From: an uncultured Clostridia bacterium
GTDB lineage: Bacteria > Bacillota > Clostridia > Oscillospirales > Acutalibacteraceae
Reading direction: 5' to 3'
NCBI GenBank assembly: GCA_944384835.1
Contig: CALWUU010000043.1
Span: 50,004 to 114,003, forward strand
DNA length: 64,000 nt
Notes under the pieces: generated by a model
What the model was told of the DNA's origin: nothing
What the model saw: only the letters and a program-made list of their open reading frames with translations
The model's database searches: none
Program-made: the position numbers and the translations under genes
Shown here: piece after piece, positions 31,155-40,424 of the stretch
Position numbering within the stretch: position 1 is the stretch's first letter
Layout of the letters: every line of letters starts with the position of its first letter

Positions 31155-32309
31155 TTAAACTCGGCGAATTCCGTTTACAAATACCATAGCTGGTTTTGCA
31201 GATAATAGCAGCGGGTCTTGCTCAAACACAACCAAATCTGCATCTTTTCCTGTTTCTATGGAACCTACCTGTTTTTCTATGCCGCAAATGCGGGCAGGTT
31301 CAATGGTAATAGCTTTCAAGGCAGCATCATGATCAGCACCTTCACGCACTGCAAGACCCGCCGCTAAGGTCAAATATTGCAAAGGAATCACAGGATGATC
31401 CGTAATAATCGCAGTTTGAATCCCATGCTTCATCAAAATTCCCGGACAAGACGGCGTCAAGTGCTTCAATTCAGGTTTTGAGCGGTCTGACAAAAACGGT
31501 CCTGATAAAACCCTCGCATGTTCCTCTTTCAGCTGGTCTGCAATCAAATGACCCTCAGTACCATGTACGATGACATAATCCAAATCAAATTCTTTAGCAA
31601 GGCGAATCGCTGTAAAAATATCATCTGCCCTATGCGCATGAAAATGAACCTGGATTTCTTTTTCTAAAGCCGGAACCAATGCTTCGCATTTTAAGTCGTA
31701 CTCCGGAGGCGTGGAGTCTTCCTCTTCCAAAGCGCGTTTTTTTTCGTGTAAATAATGTTTCGCTTTATAAAGCTGCTCGCGGATCAATGCTGCCGTTGCC
31801 ATTCTTGTAACAGGCGTTTGACTTTTGTCGTGATAAACGCTTTTCGGATTTTCTCCCAAAGCCATTTTGATGGCAAGCGGTGCTTTGACAATCATACGGT
31901 CAATACAGTTTCCGTACGTTTTTATGGCTGCCAGCTGACCGGAAATAGGATTTGCGGAGCCGGGACCTGTTACAACCGTGGTAACGCCGCCTTCCAGCGC
32001 TTCCCTAAAACAGTTTTCCATAGGATTAATAGCGTCAATGGCGCGCAGATGAGGCGTAATGGGTTCTGTATCTTCGTTGCAGTCGTCGCCCTCAAAATCC
32101 AAACCGTCCTCAAAAATACCCAGATGTGTATGCGCATCAATAAATCCGGGATATACATGCGCTCCTTTTAAATCAATGACATCTTCATCTGTAGTATCCC
32201 AAAAGTCTCCTGTTCCAACTTGGTGAATGAGTCCATTTTGAATTTGAATATATCCCTGTTGTATTGTATCTCCTGCCATAGTGTGTATGATGCCGTTGTG
32301 TAATATCAT
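31155..32309 (-). CDS. Amidohydrolase-family metal-dependent hydrolase
   Basis: 384 aa. Contains PGFIDAHTHLG, H.H in FHAHR, and a C-terminal G.I..GKDADLV motif. Confidence 0.85.
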   Translation of the reverse strand: MILHNGIIHTMAGDTIQQGYIQIQNGLIHQVGTGDFWDTTDEDVIDLKGAHVYPGFIDAHTHLGIFEDGLDFEGDDCNEDTEPITPHLRAIDAINPMENCFREALEGGVTTVVTGPGSANPISGQLAAIKTYGNCIDRMIVKAPLAIKMALGENPKSVYHDKSQTPVTRMATAALIREQLYKAKHYLHEKKRALEEEDSTPPEYDLKCEALVPALEKEIQVHFHAHRADDIFTAIRLAKEFDLDYVIVHGTEGHLIADQLKEEHARVLSGPFLSDRSKPELKHLTPSCPGILMKHGIQTAIITDHPVIPLQYLTLAAGLAVREGADHDAALKAITIEPARICGIEKQVGSIETGKDADLVVFEQDPLLLSAKPAMVFVNGIRRV

Positions 32310-32374
32310 ATTATAAATACCTTTCTAACCCTTTGTTCCGGATATAAAAAGTGGAGTGCGAACACTCCACTTTT

Positions 32375-32827
32375 TCATCTGGATTGACCTGATCCATGAC
32401 GGGAAAAACCGCCGCGCTTAGACTCCAAACCTTTTTTTAAAGCAGACATTTTTTCGTCGCTGCTTTGTTTGAATTTAGTCAGCATATCTTCAAAACTTGC
32501 CCCTTCATTTTTTTTATTGAACCATTCAAAATGATCGGGACCTTTTCTGGTTGAATGTGCAGGCTGTACAGTCTGCTCGGAATCCGATACGGTTTCCATT
32601 GCTTTTTTCATAGAAAGACTAATCTTGCCGTCTTCCCCTACACTAAGTACCTTTACTTTGACTGTTTGCCCTTCACTGACAAAATCTGTAATTTCTTTCA
32701 CAAAAGTGGGCGCTACTTCTGAAATATGTACCATACCTGTTTTACCTTCGCCCAGTTCCACAAAAGCGCCAAATTTTGTAATACCTGTAATTTTTCCTTC
32801 AAGAATCGCTCCTACTTCAAGCTGCAT
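32375..32827 (-). CDS. yabR: S1 RNA-binding domain protein
   Basis: 150 aa. The S1 domain reads GAILEGKITGITKFGAFVELGEGKTGMVHISEV. It sits at the yabR position downstream of divIC. Confidence 0.85.
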   Translation of the reverse strand: MQLEVGAILEGKITGITKFGAFVELGEGKTGMVHISEVAPTFVKEITDFVSEGQTVKVKVLSVGEDGKISLSMKKAMETVSDSEQTVQPAHSTRKGPDHFEWFNKKNEGASFEDMLTKFKQSSDEKMSALKKGLESKRGGFSRHGSGQSR

Positions 32828-32856
32828 ATTAGTACTGGTTTCCTCCTTACACAGGT

Positions 32857-33204
32857 TTAATTACCTGCTACATTTACAAATACTCGTTCTCCGGGTTTTA
32901 CAAAATCCAGACCCGTTCTGGCTAAGCGTTCAATATATTCTTTGTTTTCATTGATATTTGCATCCAAAGATTTTTGAATTTCGTTGTTTTTCATATTTTG
33001 TACTTGCAGCTCTTGTGTCACAGAAGCCAATTCTTCCTTTTTCCCACTGATTTGAATCTGCTGACTGATAAACACCGCAACCACATATACCGCAAAAACA
33101 GCCGCGGCAACTGTCAAAAAAATGTTGCGCTTTGATCTTTTGGTACGTTTATGCTTTGATTTTTTATGCTTAGCATCGACTGCTGCTTCATAATTTTGTG
33201 TCAT
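32857..33204 (-). CDS. divIC: Septum formation initiator (FtsB/DivIC family)
   Basis: 115 aa with a basic N-terminus, a single TM segment, a coiled coil, and synteny with yabQ. Confidence 0.8.
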   Translation of the reverse strand: MTQNYEAAVDAKHKKSKHKRTKRSKRNIFLTVAAAVFAVYVVAVFISQQIQISGKKEELASVTQELQVQNMKNNEIQKSLDANINENKEYIERLARTGLDFVKPGERVFVNVAGN

Positions 33205-33745
33205 CTTCCGGGATACCCCCTTTGAGATCTTTACCGGAACCGATAAAAAAACTTTTAACTCGATTATACACTATGTCCGGTGCAGGTTTCAAGGGATTTT
33301 CAATATTTCGTTCTGAATTTTTCTTTCTTTTTTTATTTTCCACATGTTTTTGGGTAATGGCGTTTTTTTCCTTTTCATAAAACGTTTTTATTGGTAAGCT
33401 GATACGGCGTTTGAACCATAAAGAAAATTTGACACAAATGCGATGAATCCATTTAGCAATGCGAACGGTAATTCTTCCAACAGTAAAAAAATAAACCATC
33501 ATACCAATCAATTCACCGCCAATGATGTAAAAGCGGATTTCACCGCTGTTTACTGCCAGAGCCAGCAAAAAAGTGACGAATGCGGCTGCAATGCCAAATA
33601 AAATGTCCTGCACATACATAACAATTTTGCCTGTACGAAATAAAATACGGGTAACGCGGAAAACATCGTAAACAACTGCCAACGCCAAACCAATCAATGC
33701 AGATATACCAAGACTTAACAGTTGCGAAGACAGAGTTACTTCCAC
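33188..33745 (-). CDS. yabQ: Spore cortex biosynthesis protein YabQ
   Basis: 185 aa polytopic membrane protein (LIGLALAVVYDVFRV..), located downstream of yabP. Confidence 0.75.
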   Translation of the reverse strand: MEVTLSSQLLSLGISALIGLALAVVYDVFRVTRILFRTGKIVMYVQDILFGIAAAFVTFLLALAVNSGEIRFYIIGGELIGMMVYFFTVGRITVRIAKWIHRICVKFSLWFKRRISLPIKTFYEKEKNAITQKHVENKKRKKNSERNIENPLKPAPDIVYNRVKSFFIGSGKDLKGGIPEDDTKL

Positions 33746-33757
33746 AGCAGTTCACCC

Positions 33758-34045
33758 CTATTTGAATAGTTTGGAGAAGAATCCTGTACTTGCAGATTGA
33801 TTTTCCGTATAGGATACGGAATTAATTTCTCCATCCAGATTCAACTCTCCTGTTTCTAAATTCAGTTTACTAATGTGCAGTCCTTTGCCTTTAATTACGA
33901 TTTCTCCCAAGTCTGTATACGCAATGATGGTGTCTTCGTCAAAGCTATCTACGTTGGAAACACCTGTAGCAGTTAAGATTTTTCTGTTTTCTAAAATTAA
34001 ACTGTGAGGTGTCTTTGTACTGCTTTTTCTTTCATCTGTCATCAT
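33758..34045 (-). CDS. yabP: Sporulation protein YabP
   Basis: ORF 33758-34084. Start placed at ATG 34045. Contains HSLILENRKILTATGVSNVDSFDEDTI..T..G.L.IKG..L.I. Confidence 0.85.
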   Translation of the reverse strand: MMTDERKSSTKTPHSLILENRKILTATGVSNVDSFDEDTIIAYTDLGEIVIKGKGLHISKLNLETGELNLDGEINSVSYTENQSASTGFFSKLFK

Positions 34046-34155
34046 AAAAATACCCCCAACAAATTCATACAAATAAGTATGCACTTGCCGGGGGCAATAT
34101 GCGGTATTCCGCTATTATCCTGTACCATAATTATGCTGTTGCTGTCTGTATCTAT

Positions 34156-34422
34156 TTATTTTTCTTCTATCACACGGTATAAGTCTGCTGCAGTATCTCT
34201 GTTTGCATATTCATTTACAGCAACCACTTCTGCTTTTATTGTACGCATACCAAGCTGAAGTTCCAATATATCTCCGCATTTTACATCATAAGATGCGCGC
34301 GCTGCTTTTCCATTGACCAATACTCTTCCCGCATCACAAGCTTCATTTGCTATGGTACGGCGTTTAATCAGGCGCGATACTTTTAAATATTTATCTAATC
34401 TCATATCATTCTCCAATGGCAT
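34156..34422 (-). CDS. yabO: S4-domain RNA-binding protein (Hsp15/YabO-like)
   Basis: 88 aa. Contains MRLDKYLKVSRLIKRRTIA...GRV.VNGK. Confidence 0.85.
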   Translation of the reverse strand: MPLENDMRLDKYLKVSRLIKRRTIANEACDAGRVLVNGKAARASYDVKCGDILELQLGMRTIKAEVVAVNEYANRDTAADLYRVIEEK

Positions 34423-34483
34423 AAAACAAAAAATGCAGCCTCAACAAAATCGTTAGGCTACATTACAAGTTGACTATTTTAAA

Positions 34484-34759
34484 TTATTTGTTTGTAGCAT
34501 CTTTGAAAGCTTTACCAGCTTTAAATGCAGGTACTACAGAAGCTGCGATTTTGATTTCTTCACCTGTTCTTGGATTTTTACCAATTTTAGCTTTACGTTC
34601 TCTAGCCTCAAATGTGCCAAAACCTACAATTTGAACTTTGTCTTTGCTTGCAACGGCCTCAATAATGGACTCGATTACAGCGTTTACTGCGCTGTCTGCG
34701 TCTTTTTTTGAAATTTCTGCTTTTTCTGCAACTGCAGCAACTAGTTCTGTTTTATTCAT
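34484..34759 (-). CDS. hup: HU-family DNA-binding protein
   Basis: 91 aa. Contains MNKTELV, GFGTFE.R.R.A..G.NP.TGE.I.I and PAFKAGK. Confidence 0.96.
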   Translation of the reverse strand: MNKTELVAAVAEKAEISKKDADSAVNAVIESIIEAVASKDKVQIVGFGTFEARERKAKIGKNPRTGEEIKIAASVVPAFKAGKAFKDATNK

Positions 34760-34789
34760 TGTTTTTTACCCCCGAAATTTTAATCAATC

Positions 34790-35596
34790 TCATTGTGAGA
34801 ATTTTTCTGTTGTGACCTGCCGCCAAATAGAGTCTAACTCCTGAGGCGTTAAGTCTGACCAACATAATTGTTTTTCCTGAGTATATTTCTCAATAGCAGC
34901 AAAGTAAATTATAAAGCGATTACATGCATTTGTCAAGGAATACTCAGGCTCCACTTCGCACTTTCTGGCAACATTTACTGCCGAAAACAACAAATCTCCC
35001 ACATGCTGTTCCAACAAATTACTATCCTGTTGTTCTGACAGTGTCTGTTTTAACGCCTGCGCACGGGCAATTATTTGGTCTAAAGCTGCATTTGCATCCG
35101 GTATATCCACCCCAACTTTTGCCGCTTTTTTTTGTACCTTATAACTGCGCATAAGAGCAGGCAACGCAACAGAAACACTCTCCAGCACCTCTGTCTGTGT
35201 TGTTTGAGATTTTGTTTTTTTCTTAATCTCATCCCAATTAGACAAAACTTGAGCAGAATCTTTTACCTTGACATCTCCAAATACATGCGGATGACGCACC
35301 ACCAGTTTTTTAGCTACGCCGTCCACTACATCGGAAAATGTAAAAGTTCCCTGTTCTGCCTCTATCTGTGCATGAAACAACACTTGCATTAAAACATCGC
35401 CCAATTCTTCCTTAAGAAGCTCTATATTATTGGTATCGATCGCTTCAATAGCCTCATATGTCTCCTCAATAAAATTGGCGCGTACACTTTGATGCGTTTG
35501 TTCTCTATCCCAAGGGCAGCCTCCCGGAGCGCGCAGCAATGTAATAATACGCTCTAAGTCGCCAATGGTATAGCGTTCTTTTTGTTGAAAATCCAA
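34790..35596 (-). CDS. mazG: MazG nucleotide pyrophosphohydrolase (tandem MazG domains)
   Basis: 268 aa. Contains CPWD..QTH.S....IEE.YE and EELGD.L. Confidence 0.9.
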   Translation of the reverse strand: MDFQQKERYTIGDLERIITLLRAPGGCPWDREQTHQSVRANFIEETYEAIEAIDTNNIELLKEELGDVLMQVLFHAQIEAEQGTFTFSDVVDGVAKKLVVRHPHVFGDVKVKDSAQVLSNWDEIKKKTKSQTTQTEVLESVSVALPALMRSYKVQKKAAKVGVDIPDANAALDQIIARAQALKQTLSEQQDSNLLEQHVGDLLFSAVNVARKCEVEPEYSLTNACNRFIIYFAAIEKYTQEKQLCWSDLTPQELDSIWRQVTTEKFSQ

Positions 35597-35640
35597 GTCC
35601 AGACTCCTTTTGCAAAAGATTGTGTTTACATTGGCTTATT

Positions 35641-37401
35641 TTACATGATAAGGTGATGTTTTTCAAGTATTTTTACAAGTTTTTGACCTTTTGGCAGCAT
35701 TAACAAATCTTCTTTGCATAAAGCTCTTAAACACAGCAGCGACACGATGTAAACGAAAACCGCGATCAGCACTGCAATTCCCGCGGCAAGAGAGTCCGGT
35801 ATTACCTTTGTCATTGCAAAACAGGAAAAATATGCCGCTATACTACAGAACATGGAAGCAATGGCCGGTTTTGTAAAAACAGAGTGGAATTTCAAGTGTA
35901 TTTTTGTTTCTTTGCAAAGGAAATAACATGCTGCAATCGTAATAAATACATAACAAACCAACGTTCCTATGCCTGCACCCAAAATATTAATTTCCGGAAT
36001 TCCTGTCAAAACATAGTTTAAGCCTATTTTTAGCCCCAATCCTACACATAATAGTTTGACCGGCAAATCTACGCGTCCGACTGCTTGCAGCATACTAAAA
36101 ACGGGCGTACTTAAAGAAGCAAAAATAGCTGCCACTCCCATAATGGCCAATGTGCGTGAAGTAATCGGAGTGGATAATTTTGCGCCGAATACTGCCTGGC
36201 TGACAGGTCCTGATAATACGCTTAATCCCAAACCTGCCGGTATGCTGAACAACGCGGTCATACGCAGTACGGAAGAAATGCTTTTTTGCAGCTGGCAGCG
36301 GCTGCCGCTCATCCATGCGGACGTAACGCTTGGTAAGGCGCTGATACCAAACGCCTGTGTAATTCCCGGCACCAGCATAAACAATGCCAGCGCTTGAGAA
36401 TAGCAGCCAAACAAAAAGTTGGAAACAGTCCCCGTTGCTATTTTAACCTCTAAATCCGGAATCATACCTTGATACATATTAAGAAGCGGTTCCGGACGAA
36501 CCGACATAATATGATTGATTCTTGTCTGAAGAAAAGTAGTATCAACCAAAGCGGCAACATTTACGGCCAATGCTCCAATTCCAATGGGAACTGCCATTTT
36601 AATCAATTTTCCTATGATTCTTTTTCTGTCAGCACATGGAGCAGAACACTGAAGCTCATGACACGTAATACTATCACCTTTTCTTTTGTGACGGATCCAG
36701 AGATAAAAGAAGCTCATAAAGGACCCGACAGTGACGCCGAATACCGCAGCAGCAGCCGTATAAGGCAGCAATGCGCTTTTGGCAAACGCCTCAGAAGTAA
36801 CTTGCTGTCCCCATACGGTTCCTGAACTATAAAATTCTCCCATACCAAGATGAAATACCACATATGCGGCAGATAATCCAACCAACAATTTAAAAATTGC
36901 TTCTATCACTTCTGAAATTGCCGTAGGATACATGTTACTCATACCTTCATAGTAGCCACGATAAACAGAGGATAAACAACTGAACAAAATAGCCGGAGCA
37001 AGACAAAACATAGCAGGAAGTGCTCCGCCGTTTCCAATGGCTCTTACATAAAATGGCGCTGATATGATCATAATTGCAAGTCCAAGGCCGCCTGTAATTA
37101 AAAATATGGGAATGGATAATTTATGAATCCTCCGCACGTCAGCATATCTTCCGCATGCCAGATTTTCAGAAACCATTCTTGCAATGGCAATGGGAAAACC
37201 GGCCGTTGCCAAGCTGTGAATCGGACTGTAAAAATGGTACGCTGTATTAAAATAGCCCAATCCTTCTTCTGTGATAATCCATGTAAGAGGTATTTTAAAC
37301 ATAGCGCCGATTAATTTTACCAAAATCATACTAACAGTTAAAATCAAAGCGCCGTGCAAAAAGCTTTGACGTTTTCTTTTTTGATGATTACGGGGCTGCA
37401 T
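35641..37401 (-). CDS. MOP-superfamily polysaccharide/lipid II flippase (SpoVB/YabM/MurJ-like)
   Basis: 586 aa with more than 12 predicted TM segments. Occupies the position of yabM upstream of mazG. Confidence 0.8.
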   Translation of the reverse strand: MQPRNHQKRKRQSFLHGALILTVSMILVKLIGAMFKIPLTWIITEEGLGYFNTAYHFYSPIHSLATAGFPIAIARMVSENLACGRYADVRRIHKLSIPIFLITGGLGLAIMIISAPFYVRAIGNGGALPAMFCLAPAILFSCLSSVYRGYYEGMSNMYPTAISEVIEAIFKLLVGLSAAYVVFHLGMGEFYSSGTVWGQQVTSEAFAKSALLPYTAAAAVFGVTVGSFMSFFYLWIRHKRKGDSITCHELQCSAPCADRKRIIGKLIKMAVPIGIGALAVNVAALVDTTFLQTRINHIMSVRPEPLLNMYQGMIPDLEVKIATGTVSNFLFGCYSQALALFMLVPGITQAFGISALPSVTSAWMSGSRCQLQKSISSVLRMTALFSIPAGLGLSVLSGPVSQAVFGAKLSTPITSRTLAIMGVAAIFASLSTPVFSMLQAVGRVDLPVKLLCVGLGLKIGLNYVLTGIPEINILGAGIGTLVCYVFITIAACYFLCKETKIHLKFHSVFTKPAIASMFCSIAAYFSCFAMTKVIPDSLAAGIAVLIAVFVYIVSLLCLRALCKEDLLMLPKGQKLVKILEKHHLIM

Positions 37402-37509
37402 GCAAACACATCCATTCCTCTTTCAAATACTAAGAATGATATATGATTGCATTGTCCCGCTTATGCCAAAGACAACCTATTTTCGCCATAATCACTGTAT
37501 AACATCAAA

Positions 37510-37540
37510 TAAAAAAGAGAGGATATCTTCCTCTCTAAAA
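37510..37540 (-). terminator. Terminator after the zinc-ribbon gene
   Basis: agagagga and tcctctct form a stem, followed on the minus strand by TTTTTTATTT. Confidence 0.7.
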
Positions 37541-37554
37541 GAAATACGAATGTA

Positions 37555-38064
37555 TTATACTTGTGGATTCTCATCTTGTTTTTGTGCTTGCTCCTGAGCC
37601 GGTTGTTCTTGCTGTGCCTGCTCTTGCTGCTGCGGCTCAGCTTCCGCATTACATCCACAACCGCATCCGCCTTGTGGTGCATAAGCATCATTCTGAGGTG
37701 CTTCGTGCACCAATTTTTCACCGCATTGGCTGCAGAAGCCGGCAGTTTTTGGATTTGGTTCACCGCATCTTGTGCAGAATGTTTTGTTGCTCATTTTGGA
37801 TAACTGTTCGTTCACTTCATCCAATTCATCATATTTTTCGTTGATTAGAATAATGATATCATCCATTTCTTCAGTGGAATCTACGCCTTGTTTGCGCGCT
37901 TCATAAACAGCTCTGCCAAGCGCTTCAAAATTTCTTTTAATATCAGCGTTTAGATCTACTGCTTGTAATTTTAATTTGGAAGTGTCAACCAGTTCGCCTG
38001 TTTTCTTACCAACAACATTAGCGGCCTGTTTTGCATTTGAAACAAGATTTTCAAATAGTCCCAT
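37555..38064 (-). CDS. Zinc-ribbon domain protein with an N-terminal helical region and a Q/E-rich tail
   Basis: 169 aa. Contains CTRCG...N(11)...CSQCG, a GGCGCGC tract and a PQQQEQAQQEQPAQEQAQKQ tail. It has its own promoter and terminator. Confidence 0.7.
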   Translation of the reverse strand: MGLFENLVSNAKQAANVVGKKTGELVDTSKLKLQAVDLNADIKRNFEALGRAVYEARKQGVDSTEEMDDIIILINEKYDELDEVNEQLSKMSNKTFCTRCGEPNPKTAGFCSQCGEKLVHEAPQNDAYAPQGGCGCGCNAEAEPQQQEQAQQEQPAQEQAQKQDENPQV

Positions 38065-38114
38065 AATATTCGTCTCCTTTTATCATAAATAATTTTCAAT
38101 TATTTTCTAATTAT

Positions 38115-38146
38115 ATTATAACATAATAGAAATTGCAAAGCAATTT
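38115..38146 (-). promoter_or_regulatory. Candidate promoter carrying the AAATTGC-N3-GCAATTT palindrome
   Basis: The minus strand reads TTGCTT (38143-38138), a 17-nt spacer, then TATAAT (38120-38115). The palindrome gaaattgcaaagcaattt occupies 38129-38146. Confidence 0.5.
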
Positions 38147-38219
38147 TAACCTATCAACATGAAAACGTCCCATTAACAGTAACAATTTTATTTTGTTACT
38201 GTTATGAGGTTGTTATAGC
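38116..38219. repeat. Intergenic module copy B, about 104 nt
   Basis: Roughly 80 percent identical by eye to 20851-20957. It has a perfect 11-bp hairpin, aacagtaacaa (38175-38185) pairing with ttgttactgtt (38193-38203). Confidence 0.75.
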
Positions 38220-38266
38220 ATGAAAAATTATAAAATAAAATCAAAAGTCTCCCATAGAATTTATAA

Positions 38267-39763
38267 CTAATTTATTGATTGTGCAGAAGAAAGCAGAAAT
38301 TGATGATAGATCGATTTTACTTTTTCTTTCCTATCTAGCATTTCTTGATAACGGTCAATATATTCATACGGAAATTTGAAATTAAATATTCTTTGCAATT
38401 CATCTTTATGCGGATGTTTTATTTTTGATACAGCACCTGCTCCGCAAGCCAAAATGGTATGACTTTCGTCCATAATATAAACGTTATAGTAATTTTCATA
38501 TCCGGGTTTTGCCCATCCTGTATTTTCAAGATTACCAACCATACGACTTTGACGATACAAATAATACGGGATATAGTTCTGTTCGGTCAGTACCGTATCC
38601 ACATAGTTCAGCATCTGGCTTGCACCTTCTCCATCATTGATAAAAAGCGCTTTACCGTTTTTATTGATATTGGAGGAACGTTTTAACGCTAACGTGTGTA
38701 CGGTGATACTTTCCGGATGTAACGCGACAACACCGTCCAGCGTATTGCGGAAACTTTCCACACTGTCCCCTGCAAGTCCAACAATCAAATCCATATTAAT
38801 ATTATCAAAACCATGGTCTCTTGCCAAATGGAACGCATCCAGTGTTTGCTGTGTGGTATGGTCTCTTCCAATGAGTTTGAGTACTTCATCATTTAAAGTT
38901 TGCGGATTGATACTGATTCTGGTTATACCGCGTTCCTTCATCGCCTGCAATTTGTCCGCCGTAATTGTATCCGGACGGCCTGCTTCCACTGTAAATTCAC
39001 GGCATGTGCCCATGTCAAAATTTGTGTTTACCGTATCAATAATTTGTCCCAGCTGCGGCGCATTCAGCGTGGTTGGAGTTCCTCCTCCCATATATACCGT
39101 TTCCAAGCGCAAACCGCATGCTTTTGCAACTGCCGCGGTATATTCTAATTCTTTGCATAACAACTCTACATACTGTGGGATTAGTTTACCTGTTTTTTCC
39201 GTAGACTGAGCTACGAAAGAACAATACGCGCAGCGGGTAGGACAAAAGGGAATCGAAATATATAAACTGAACGACTCCGGCTTAGAGGCAGCTAAAATAG
39301 GCTGTTCATGCTGCATGGTACGGACGCTCAACGCTGTTTTCTCTTGTGAAACATGCAAACTGTTCAAAAAATATTCCGCAGCTTTGGTCTGTCCCATTTC
39401 CGCTGTCAATTTTCTAAGAAGTTTAATTGGACGTACGCCGATTAATACGCCCCATTTCGGACGATATCCCGTCAGCTCTACCAAAATATCATACAACAGC
39501 ACCGCCATGGCCAGACCGCATTGACGTTCAAAGTCAGGTTCATCCAAGGAAAAGGTTCCTCGCTTTTCCGCAAAGCGATCCTCCATTTTTACGGAAACAT
39601 GCAGATGAGCCGCTCCGTTTTCTTCCTTGCAGCCTGTATAAACCAACAAGCTGTCATCATGTCCGTTTTCATAGACGGCAGTTACTTTTTCGTAAGGAAA
39701 AAAGATATCGCAAAGACTTTCCATTTCGTAAAGATAAGAATGTCCATCAATAACCAAAATCAT
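38267..39763 (-). CDS. hemZ: Radical SAM coproporphyrinogen-dehydrogenase-like protein HemZ
   Basis: 498 aa. Has the CxxxCxxC cluster motif (CPTRCAYCSF) and a HemN-like core with a long N-terminal extension typical of HemZ. Confidence 0.8.
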   Translation of the reverse strand: MILVIDGHSYLYEMESLCDIFFPYEKVTAVYENGHDDSLLVYTGCKEENGAAHLHVSVKMEDRFAEKRGTFSLDEPDFERQCGLAMAVLLYDILVELTGYRPKWGVLIGVRPIKLLRKLTAEMGQTKAAEYFLNSLHVSQEKTALSVRTMQHEQPILAASKPESFSLYISIPFCPTRCAYCSFVAQSTEKTGKLIPQYVELLCKELEYTAAVAKACGLRLETVYMGGGTPTTLNAPQLGQIIDTVNTNFDMGTCREFTVEAGRPDTITADKLQAMKERGITRISINPQTLNDEVLKLIGRDHTTQQTLDAFHLARDHGFDNINMDLIVGLAGDSVESFRNTLDGVVALHPESITVHTLALKRSSNINKNGKALFINDGEGASQMLNYVDTVLTEQNYIPYYLYRQSRMVGNLENTGWAKPGYENYYNVYIMDESHTILACGAGAVSKIKHPHKDELQRIFNFKFPYEYIDRYQEMLDRKEKVKSIYHQFLLSSAQSIN

Positions 39764-40388
39764 CTTTGTTGCCCTTCATAAACGGATTTGTGTGACGTTC
39801 ATAATCCAGTGTCGTGGAATCTCCGTGAGCAGGAAACACTCCATAGTTGCCTTCCAACTCAGCTACTTTTTGTACGGACTCCATCATTTTTGCAGGATCA
39901 GAAGTTGGAAAATCAGTTCTTCCAATGGAACCTTTAAAAATAGTGTCCCCGCTGAAAATTGCATCTTTTACAATCAGACAACTGCTGCCAATGGTATGTC
40001 CCGGTGTATGCAAAACTCGGAAGGTTAAATTTCCTACCTGAATTTTATCACCGTCATGAAATAACACATCCGGTACGAACGGGTCGCATTGACGTTCGGC
40101 AATCACTGTAGATAAATTCAAACGGCTGTCAGTCGCGAAATCTTTTTCCAATTCATGCATATAAATTTTAGCGCCTGTCATATCCTGTACTGCTTTTACA
40201 CCCATGATATGGTCAAAATGCCCGTGAGTCAATAAAATAGCATCTACTTTTTTTAAACCTTTTATTTGATCAAACAGCTCATCTGAGATAAAGCCGGGAT
40301 CAATCACTGCAGAAATGCCGGTTTCCTCATCTGTTACAACAAAACAGTGTGTCGGCAGCATTCCGCCTGTAATTTCTTGAATTTGCAT
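39747..40388 (-). CDS. MBL-fold metallo-hydrolase (glyoxalase II-like)
   Basis: 213 aa. Contains THGHFDH, HTPGHT.GS, GD and AHG. Confidence 0.88.
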   Translation of the reverse strand: MQIQEITGGMLPTHCFVVTDEETGISAVIDPGFISDELFDQIKGLKKVDAILLTHGHFDHIMGVKAVQDMTGAKIYMHELEKDFATDSRLNLSTVIAERQCDPFVPDVLFHDGDKIQVGNLTFRVLHTPGHTIGSSCLIVKDAIFSGDTIFKGSIGRTDFPTSDPAKMMESVQKVAELEGNYGVFPAHGDSTTLDYERHTNPFMKGNKDDFGY

Positions 40389-40424
40389 ATTGGTAATTCC
40401 TTTCTCACAAACGTCTCATATACT

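Noticed and set aside
37461-37763. A 100-aa minus-strand ORF overlapping the 3' half of the zinc-ribbon gene.
   Set aside because: It is out of frame with the better-supported 37555-38064 ORF, which has an RBS, CxxC motifs and a terminator. Its own translation is basic and low-complexity.
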